Shown in pieces: positions 57,601 through 64,000 of a stretch of DNA of 64,000 nucleotides. The stretch's first letter is position 1; each line of letters starts with the position of its first letter. Source of the DNA: Longimicrobiales bacterium. Its GTDB lineage: Bacteria > Gemmatimonadota > Gemmatimonadetes > Longimicrobiales > Gaopeijiaceae. The notes below the pieces were generated by a model. The model saw nothing but the letters and a program-made list of their open reading frames with translations, searched no databases and was not told the DNA's origin. The position numbers were made by a program, and so were the translations under genes. The stretch is taken from assembly GCA_965204735.1 (NCBI GenBank), contig OZ242008.1, positions 896,001 to 960,000 on the forward strand, in the 5' to 3' direction.

Positions 57601-58647
57601 CTGGCCGACTCGATCGTGGACACGTCCCGACGCTCGATGCTGGAGCGGATCGGTCGGCTGAAGCCGGGCGCCTACCGGAACAGAGCGACAATCGACGGCT
57701 ACGACAGCGACCTGGAGCTGCACTGCGCCTTGACCGTGTCGTCCGCCGGCATTCGGATCGACTTCGACGGATCCTCGCCGGTCTCGGAGTTCGGGATCAA
57801 CGTGCCCCTCACCTACACCCGCGCGTACGCGTCCTTCGGGGTCCGATGCATTGTGGGCCCGGACGTGCCCAACAACGCGGGCTCCCTCGGCGTCGTCGAA
57901 GTCGCGGCGCCTCCGGGCTCGCTCCTCGACGCGCCCTTTCCATCGGCGGTCTCGGCGCGTCATGCGGTCGGCCAGATGCTCCCCGACGTGGTGCTGGGAT
58001 GCCTGAGGCAGGCAATGGACGAACCGGTCCCGGCAGAAGGCGCGTCGTGCCTCTGGAACCCGGTCCTGATGGGCGGGCGAGGGCTCTCGGGCGGCGACTA
58101 CCGCGATTCGGCGCCGTTCGTGGTGAACCCCTTCCACACCGGGGGCACGGGGGCGCGCCCCGGCAAGGACGGGCTCTCGGCCACTGCATTCCCCTCGGGC
58201 GTCCGCAGCACCCCGGTCGAGATCACCGAGACGGTGGCCCCGTTGATCTTCTGGCGGAAGGAGTACGTCGCCGACTCCGGGGGTCCGGGGCAGTACCGGG
58301 GCGGGCTGGGCCAGGTCATGGAAGTTGCCCACGCCGACGGCGCCCCCTTCGCCGTCTCCAAGATGTTCGAGCGGATCAGGAACCCGGCCCGAGGTCGGGA
58401 CGGGGGCGCTCCGGGCGCTCCGGGCCGCGTGCGCGTGGTCGGCCCGCAGGGCGGCGAGCTGCGGGGCAAGGGCAAGGAAGTGGTCCCCCGCGGACACCGG
58501 CTGGTCATGGAGACTCCGGGCGGCGGTGGATTGGGAGACCCGCGCCGTCGGGACCCGGCAATGGTGGAACGGGACGTGCGGAACGGCTACGTGTCGGCGG
58601 AAGCGGCCGCCCGGGTCTATGGAGCGACGACGAAGGACGAGCCGTAG
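54604..58647 (+). CDS. Hydantoinase/5-oxoprolinase A-B fusion
   Basis: DIGGTFTD, ESGPAGG, DMGGTT, GAGGGS; B half TNDPW.GTGHLND, ETPGGGG. Confidence 0.9.
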   Translation: MPRARLAIDIGGTFTDVALEADGRLFTVKALTTRAAPEQGVMAGVAMAMRASAAGGSGVAARAVRPDDVGLAIHGTTLATNAIIERKGARTALLTTAGHRDALEMAHENRFEQYDVGVDRPPPLVPRRLRLPVTERVDRNGRVLVPLDEASLRTLLPILDDAGVEAVAVGFIHGYANPSHEQRVREFLAAERPRVAVTLASEVCPEVREYERLSTACANAYVQPLMSRYLKGLADSLREAGFSCPFLLMTSSGGLATLATAVAAPVRLVESGPAGGAILAAHLARTLGLGDVLSFDMGGTTAKLCIVDGGRPLTSRTFEVARSYRFQKGSGLPVRVPVIEMVEIGAGGGSIAEVDDLGRVRVGPASAGSDPGPAAYGMGGERPTVTDADLTLGRLDPALFAGGAIPLDAGAAAAALDGHVGTKLGIEAAAAARAIGEVVDENMANAARTHAAEWGKAMAGRALVAFGGAAPIHAARLAEKLEIDRIVVPRNAGVGSAVGFLLAPISYEVVRSRYMRLSRFDAPLVSKVLAEMRAEAAEVVSQGAPGAVADERARAYMRYAGQGHEIGVDLPDGIEGEDGGPLLREAFDCAYEAMFGRTIPGLDVEVLSWTLALAADADDHQPTPDRAPTGAMDDHWPTAERVPTEGRVPTDDRVRSIGPLPAKSRLRAEATLPATVVTTAWATGADRSAVPVATYRRRELTPGDRVAGPALVTEAQTTTVVPAGFQAETLPSGDLLLVRGRLARDQHAAGVQASRPAATPPTPPGAGATVSPGPSAGTSDASPTKPEAGSESRGVLEGQIMWSRLLSVVEEQARTLVRTAFSTPVREAGDLSAGVFDVSGRMLAQAVTGTPGHVNAMAESVAEFLAEFPAHKLSEGDVLVTNDPWKGTGHLNDFTVVTPAFHGGRLAALFAATSHIADVGGRGFGADAGQVYEEGIRIPIGHLIRDGRLDATLMRLVRANVREPDVAEGDLHSLVACNRTGRRRLSAMMTEFGIDSIAALADSIVDTSRRSMLERIGRLKPGAYRNRATIDGYDSDLELHCALTVSSAGIRIDFDGSSPVSEFGINVPLTYTRAYASFGVRCIVGPDVPNNAGSLGVVEVAAPPGSLLDAPFPSAVSARHAVGQMLPDVVLGCLRQAMDEPVPAEGASCLWNPVLMGGRGLSGGDYRDSAPFVVNPFHTGGTGARPGKDGLSATAFPSGVRSTPVEITETVAPLIFWRKEYVADSGGPGQYRGGLGQVMEVAHADGAPFAVSKMFERIRNPARGRDGGAPGAPGRVRVVGPQGGELRGKGKEVVPRGHRLVMETPGGGGLGDPRRRDPAMVERDVRNGYVSAEAAARVYGATTKDEP

Positions 58648-58758
58648 CCGTCCGACGCCCCCGAGCCGTAGCCGTCCGACGCCCCCGAGCCGCAGCCGTC
58701 CGACGCCCCCGAGCCGCAGCCGTCCGACGCCCCCGAGCCATAGCTGTCCGACGCCCCC
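58639..58758. repeat. 24-bp tandem repeat x5 beginning in the gene's last codons
   Basis: gagccg(t/c)agccgtccgacgccccc; last copy diverged. Confidence 0.95.
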
Positions 58759-59007
58759 GAAACTGGTCGGGAGATCGGGAGCGCCAAGTCGGGGTGGGAG
58801 CGCCAGGTCGGGAGATCGGGAGTCCCGCTGCCAGGTGTAACATCCGCCCAGATCGTCGTATGAATGTCGCAGAGGGCGCCGACCGTCCGGTCGGAGAACG
58901 GGGCCGCTCGCCGTGAGAACGCTCGGCGGCGTGAGAGCGCCGACCGCTCGCCGCGAGAGTGCCGACCGCTCGGCGCCCGGGGCCTCGCCGCATGAAGGAG
59001 CAGCACG

Positions 59008-59826
59008 ATGAGCGCCGCATCCCCACGTCGGGTCAGGATCCTGGACTTCGCGCGTCGCAAGGAGGCGGGCGAGCCCATCGTCATGCTCACCGCCTACGAC
59101 GCCCTCTTCGCGTCGCTGCTGGACGCGGCGGGGGTGGACGCGATCCTGGTGGGCGACTCCCTCGCCACCGTCCTCTGCGGCAAGGAGACGACCCTTTCCG
59201 CCACGGTGGACCAGATGATCTACCACGGGCGCATCGTCCAGAGAGGGGTGCGACGGGCCTTGGTGGTCGTGGACATGCCGTTCATGAGCTACCAGGTGTC
59301 GCCCGAGGACGCGGTTCGGAACGCGGGACGCATCCTCAAGGAGACGGGGGCGGGCGCCGTCAAGCTGGAAGGGGGCGCGGAGGCGGCGCCGGCGGTCGAG
59401 GCCATCGTCGCGGCCGGGGTTCCGGTCATGGGACACCTGGGCTTCACGCCCCAGTCGGTGCACCAGATCGGGGGCGCGCGGGTCCAAGGACGGGCGGACG
59501 GAGCAGTGGAGAAGCTGGTCCGCGACGCCAAGGCGATCGAAGACGCAGGCGCGTTCTCGGTCCTCCTGGAACTCGTCGTCGGCCCCGTCGCCAAGGAGGT
59601 GACCGACGCCCTGCGCGTGCCCACCGTGGGCATCGGCGCGGGACCTCACTGCGACGGCCAGCTCCTGATCCTCCACGACATGCTGGGACTGAACGAAGGC
59701 TTCAGCCCTCGCTTCCTGAAGCGCTTCGCGGAACTCGGCGCCGAGGTGCGGTCGGCAGTCGGCCGATACGCGCAGGAAGTGCGCGAAGGGGTCTACCCTG
59801 AAGCCGACTATGTCCACTGGGAGTAG
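59008..59826 (+). CDS. panB: 3-methyl-2-oxobutanoate hydroxymethyltransferase
   Basis: MLTAYD, ILVGDSL, DMPF, VKLEGG, GHLGFTPQ, GIGAG. Confidence 0.97.
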   Translation: MSAASPRRVRILDFARRKEAGEPIVMLTAYDALFASLLDAAGVDAILVGDSLATVLCGKETTLSATVDQMIYHGRIVQRGVRRALVVVDMPFMSYQVSPEDAVRNAGRILKETGAGAVKLEGGAEAAPAVEAIVAAGVPVMGHLGFTPQSVHQIGGARVQGRADGAVEKLVRDAKAIEDAGAFSVLLELVVGPVAKEVTDALRVPTVGIGAGPHCDGQLLILHDMLGLNEGFSPRFLKRFAELGAEVRSAVGRYAQEVREGVYPEADYVHWE

Positions 59827-60045
59827 CGGCGAGCGCCCCTCGATGCCGCCCGTCGGTCCTCACGTCTGCCTGAAGCCGACCACGTCCACTGGCAGGTAGC
59901 GACGAGCGCCCCCGTCGATGCCGTCCGTCGGTCCTCACGTCTGCCAGAAGCCGACCCACGTCCACCGGCAGGTAGCGACGAGCGCCCCCGTCGATGCCGC
60001 CCGACCGTCCTCACGTCCGCCCAGGTCATGTCCACCGGGAGTAGC
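59798..60045. repeat. Degenerate 72-76 bp tandem repeat, about 3.3 copies
   Basis: Units start near 59798, 59870, 59945 and 60021; the first overlaps the panB stop. Confidence 0.9.
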
Positions 60046-60230
60046 TGACACAGGGCTGTCCGATTGACTATTTTGGATTTCTACTATCCAAAATGTCCCA
60101 TCGAATGTCCGTTGAACGTCCGTTCCGATGTCCCGCCTGGTGTCCGTGGATGTCCCGTTCGCATGTCCATCCGGAGCCGTTGTCCATCCGGAGCCGTTCG
60201 GATGTCGACCTAGAGCCGTTCGGGCCCCCG

Positions 60231-60674
60231 TCAGTTGTTCGGCGCCCCCGCCTCGATCCAGGCTCGGACGACCGCGATCTCGTTCTCGGGCACCGGGTCG
60301 CCTTCCTCGGGCATGTCGCCTTCGACGATCATCTCGAGGAGGAAGCTGTTCTCGGCGCTCCCCGCTTCGACGACGGACCCGAACTCGGAGCCGATCATCA
60401 CCCGCTCGTACTCCAGCAGGTTGAGGCCGGCTTCGGTGCGGGGCTTGCCGTCGTCCCCCACGGCACCGTGGCACTGGGCGCACCGCTCCATGAAGATCGG
60501 CAGGACGTCGTCGGCGAAGCTCACGGTGTCGGCGGCCGGGCTGGTGGACGCCACCGGCTGGGAAGCGGGGCTGGTCCCGGCGGCGAGGACGACGGCAACG
60601 GCGACGAGGGCCGGCACGCTCCGAGAAGCGCGCCCGCCCTGAAGAGCGCGGCCGGTGGACGGAGAGCGGATCAT
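60231..60674 (-). CDS. Planctomycete-type monoheme cytochrome c
   Basis: SFADDVLPIFMERCAQCHG, MP, WIEAGA. Confidence 0.85.
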   Translation of the reverse strand: MIRSPSTGRALQGGRASRSVPALVAVAVVLAAGTSPASQPVASTSPAADTVSFADDVLPIFMERCAQCHGAVGDDGKPRTEAGLNLLEYERVMIGSEFGSVVEAGSAENSFLLEMIVEGDMPEEGDPVPENEIAVVRAWIEAGAPNN

Positions 60675-60709
60675 GTCGGTGGGCCTCCCTTGGGGGCTTG
60701 TGCGAAGCG

Positions 60710-61357
60710 TCAGCCGATGCCCTCGGCCTTCATGAGAAGCTCCAGGTGCTGGGCCGCCTGGGCCAAGCCGCCTTCGCCCTCGCCCCAGGAGATGCGCCCG
60801 TTGCCGTCGGCGTCCATTCCGGACACGATGGCGTCGGCCATGGCGGCGATCTCCTCGGCCAGCGCGCGCGCCGCGTCCACGTCGGAGGCGGCTTCGACCT
60901 CGGCCGCCTTCTCCTGGATGCTTTGGGCCCAAGCCGCCACGTTCTCCGCCGCCGTCTTGACGTGGACCGAGTGCGCCTTGACCGCGTCCGACGCGTCGTC
61001 GGACTCGCCGGCCATGCCGATGTGCCGGGCCACGGCCTGCGCGGCCTTGACGAGCCCGTAGCCCTTCCCGGGACCGCGCTCGGCGCTGGCGTCCACGGCG
61101 TGGAGGACGTGCATGACGTGGCGCTTGATCCCGTCCAGGTCCGGCGCCGTTGCCGCCAGCTTCGCGTGCTGGGCCGCGATCTCGGCCTCGGCTTGGGCCG
61201 CCGCCAGCAAGCCCATGTTCTCCGGCGTGTCGTTCCACCGGTCAGCCACGTGGCCGACGTGCCGGTGGGCGGCGCTCTGGGCGGAAGCGGTTGCGGCGAA
61301 CCCCACCAGCAGGGTCGCGGTCAGCGCGGTCGTGACTGCCTTCTTCGAGTTGGCCAT
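60710..61357 (-). CDS. Secreted His-rich helical protein with EF-hand-like loop
   Basis: AGGAGG RBS; signal ASA-Q; HRHVGH, HVMHVLH, DADGNGRIS. Confidence 0.7.
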   Translation of the reverse strand: MANSKKAVTTALTATLLVGFAATASAQSAAHRHVGHVADRWNDTPENMGLLAAAQAEAEIAAQHAKLAATAPDLDGIKRHVMHVLHAVDASAERGPGKGYGLVKAAQAVARHIGMAGESDDASDAVKAHSVHVKTAAENVAAWAQSIQEKAAEVEAASDVDAARALAEEIAAMADAIVSGMDADGNGRISWGEGEGGLAQAAQHLELLMKAEGIG

Positions 61358-61485
61358 GGTTCCTCCTTGTCGGCCGGTCCAAGTTCCGGAAGCGTCATAA
61401 TTGCGGCAACCAAGGCGATCCGACAAGATGCACCGCTGGGCCGGCCCCCGCCCTCGCCACTCTCTCGCACGAAAACGGCAGCGCC

Positions 61486-62292
61486 ATGCACTCCTCTTGC
61501 CGCCCAGTCCCCGCCGTCCTCCTTCTGGTGTCGGTGGCCGCTCCCCTGCCGGGGTGTTCGGGCAATGGGGCCTCGACCGGCTCCCAGGCCTCCCAAGCGC
61601 CCCTCGTCCGGATGCTTTCCGACGGCAGCGCCGTGTTCGGGATCTTCCCCGGCGACGCGACGCCCGCGGACGGCGCCGAGCGGGGCCGCAACCGGGAGGT
61701 GGACTTCGTCTTCTACTCGCTGGAGTCGGGGCCCTTCGACATCGAGGCGATGGCGGCCTTCCGGGCCGGGGTCGCCGAGGGCGCCGCGCCGGCGCCGCCG
61801 CATCCGCTCGTGCTCCGCGTGCCGCCGGTTCGGGACGGGGTGGAGCAGGCACGGGCGAACGTGGCCGTGGCGGTGGCGGCGGGAGTGGCCGGGGTCGTGT
61901 TCCCTCACGTGGAGTCGAGGGACGATGCGGCGGCCGCGGTGTCGTCGATGGGCGAGGGATCATGGCCGGGCAACCCCGGCGGGTCGCTGGCGACCATGCT
62001 GATCGTCGAGGACAGGGCCGGCGTCGAGCGGGTGGACGAGATCGTCGCCACCCCTGGCGTGAGCGTCGTCTTCGCCGGGCCGGGCGATCTTCGCCGAGCG
62101 TACGAAGGGGACATGGCCGCCGTCGAGGAGGCGATCCAGGCAGTGCTGGCGGCGTGCATGGCCCACGGCGTTCCGTGCGGGATCACCGCCGGGCCCGGCG
62201 ACGTCGGCCGCCGGATCGAAGAGGGCTTCCGCGTCTTCATCGTGAGCGACCCTGTCGCCGTGACCGTCGGACGGGCGGCCGCGGGGCGATAG
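61486..62292 (+). CDS. HpcH/HpaI aldolase-family protein with lipoprotein-like leader
   Basis: GVVFPHVE, LIVED, FAGPGDL; LPGC. Confidence 0.75.
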   Translation: MHSSCRPVPAVLLLVSVAAPLPGCSGNGASTGSQASQAPLVRMLSDGSAVFGIFPGDATPADGAERGRNREVDFVFYSLESGPFDIEAMAAFRAGVAEGAAPAPPHPLVLRVPPVRDGVEQARANVAVAVAAGVAGVVFPHVESRDDAAAAVSSMGEGSWPGNPGGSLATMLIVEDRAGVERVDEIVATPGVSVVFAGPGDLRRAYEGDMAAVEEAIQAVLAACMAHGVPCGITAGPGDVGRRIEEGFRVFIVSDPVAVTVGRAAAGR

Positions 62293-62393
62293 CCCGAAGG
62301 GGGAGCCGGGCTTAGGCTGGACTTGGGCCGGAGGCGAATGCGCCGGCCCGCGCGCCTCTCCGCGCACGCACGCCCCAACGCCGGACCGAGCCA

Positions 62394-64000
62394 ATGGAAG
62401 TCCACCGCACACGTTCCCACGTCTCCCTGGCCGGCCGCGTCCGCCGGACCCTTCCACCGGGTTCCGTCCTTCTGGCGTGCGCCGCCCACGCCGTCGCCGC
62501 CGGGCCTGCGGCCGCCCATCTCGTCGCCGCCCATGTCGCCGCCGGGCCTGCGGCCGCGCATCTCGTCGCCGCCGACGCTGCCGTTCCATCCCGTCTCGGC
62601 ACTGCCCAAGCCGTCGCGGTCCAGCCCCAAGCCGTCGCGGTCCAACGCCAAGCCGCCCAATCGACCATTCCCTCGCCCGCCGAGTTCTTCGGCCACGAGA
62701 TGGGGGCGGACCGGAAGCTGGCCCGCTGGGACAAGCTTGTGGAGTACTACGAGCTCATCGCGGAGCGCAGCGACCGGGTTCAGGTCGTGCACATGGGACC
62801 GTCCACCCTGGGCGAGCCCTTCCTGTCGATCTTCGTGTCGTCGCCGGAGAACCTGGAGCGGCTTGCAGAGATCAAGCGCATGAACGCGGTCCTTCAGGAT
62901 CCCAGGGGACGCTCCCCGTCCGAGGTCGACGCGGCCGTGCGCGACGGCAAAGTGGTGTTCGTGCAGTCGTACGCGCTCCACTCCACGGAAGTGGCGGCAA
63001 GCCAGTCGGCGGCGGAGATCACCTACCTCTTCGCCACCCGCGACGACCCGGAGATCCGCCAGATACTCGACAACACCCTGTCGATCCTCATCCCCGCCTT
63101 CAACCCCGACGGCATCGGCATCGTCGCCGAATGGTACGACCGCTGGGTGGGGACCGAGTACGAAGGAGCGAGTCTCCCGGAGCTCTACCACCACTACATC
63201 GGCCACGACAACAACCGGGACGCCTTCATGCAGAACACTGTCGAGTCTCGCTACGGCGCCGAGATCCTCTTCCGGGAGTGGGTTCCGCAGGCGTACATCG
63301 ACCATCACCAGATGGGAGCGTACACGGCGCGCATCTACCTTCCGCCCTACGCCGAGCCGATCCGGCCCGAGGGCGACCCGCTGGTGTGGCGCGAGATGTC
63401 GTGGTACGGCGCCCACATGGCGTACCGCATGGAGGAAGCCGGCTTCGAGGGCACGGTGAACGCCGCCATCTACTCGGGCTGGGGGCACTTCGGATTCCAC
63501 TGGATTACGCCGTTTCACAACATTGCCGGAATGCTCACCGAGTCCGCCAGCGCCCGCTTGGCCACGCCGTTGTACGTGCACCCGGACCAGCTCCGGGGCT
63601 CGCGCCAGCTCCCCGAGTACGAGGCGCAGACGACCTTCCCCAACCCGTGGCGCGGAGGGTGGTGGCGAGTGCGCGACATTGTGGAGCGCCAGATCGTGGC
63701 CACGTTCTCGCCTCTGGAGATCGCCGCCAAGAACCGGGAAACCGTGCTTCGCAACGCGTACAACAAGGCGAGCCGCCAGATTCGGCGCGGGACGGAGGGC
63801 GACGTCAAGGCGTATGTGATCCCCGCCACTCAGCACGACCCCCTCACCATGAGGAAGATGGTGAACAAGTTGCTGCTGCAAGGCGTCGCCGTGGCGCGCG
63901 CGCCCTCCGAGTTCGTCCACGAGGGGCGGGTGTACGGCCCAGGCAGCTACGTCGTGTCCCTGGCGCAGCCGAAGCGCGGAGTGATCCGCTGGCTGCTCGG
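62394..64000 (+). CDS. M14 zinc carboxypeptidase-family protein, partial (runs off the window end)
   Basis: Hand translation: IPSPAEFFGHEMG, LHSTE, NPDG, HDNNRD, DHHQMG. Confidence 0.85.
   Translation, partial: MEVHRTRSHVSLAGRVRRTLPPGSVLLACAAHAVAAGPAAAHLVAAHVAAGPAAAHLVAADAAVPSRLGTAQAVAVQPQAVAVQRQAAQSTIPSPAEFFGHEMGADRKLARWDKLVEYYELIAERSDRVQVVHMGPSTLGEPFLSIFVSSPENLERLAEIKRMNAVLQDPRGRSPSEVDAAVRDGKVVFVQSYALHSTEVAASQSAAEITYLFATRDDPEIRQILDNTLSILIPAFNPDGIGIVAEWYDRWVGTEYEGASLPELYHHYIGHDNNRDAFMQNTVESRYGAEILFREWVPQAYIDHHQMGAYTARIYLPPYAEPIRPEGDPLVWREMSWYGAHMAYRMEEAGFEGTVNAAIYSGWGHFGFHWITPFHNIAGMLTESASARLATPLYVHPDQLRGSRQLPEYEAQTTFPNPWRGGWWRVRDIVERQIVATFSPLEIAAKNRETVLRNAYNKASRQIRRGTEGDVKAYVIPATQHDPLTMRKMVNKLLLQGVAVARAPSEFVHEGRVYGPGSYVVSLAQPKRGVIRWLL

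Noticed and set aside
58639..60045. Possible CRISPR arrays
   Set aside because: Units are contiguous with no unique spacers, and there are no cas genes in the window.
60077..60087. ATTTCTACTAT resembles the start of a Cas12a repeat
   Set aside because: Single copy, lacks the GTAGAT half, no array.

Overview
High-GC bacterial window; gene content resembles Gemmatimonadota or a similar environmental lineage (inference). A housekeeping backbone (metY, peptidases, beta-propellers, transporters, arsM, Rieske plus cytochrome b/c fusion, hydantoinase, panB) carries four accessory loci. (1) 37.3-50.1 kb: SNF2 helicase-nuclease, DUF1156-type adenine methylase and DUF499 ATPase, with an inserted Schlafen/AlbA_2-HATPase-long Argonaute fusion whose PIWI looks inactive. 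(2) 11.8-16.6 kb: a stand-alone C39 peptidase, four 97-98 aa precursors combining a Sec-type signal, a double-glycine-like site and Cys-paired cores, then a thioredoxin, a Yip1-like protein and an ABC transporter. (3) 0.5-3.4 kb: secreted Cys-rich peptides with a propeller and two thioredoxin folds. (4) 6.0-9.3 kb: a HEPN/ParA-like/P-loop ATPase operon. Also present are a UGA-recoded peroxiredoxin-like selenoprotein, nested IS1380/ISL3 relics, a dprA pseudogene, CTAG/CTAA micro-arrays and several tandem repeats. All calls rest on motif recognition by eye; no searches were run.
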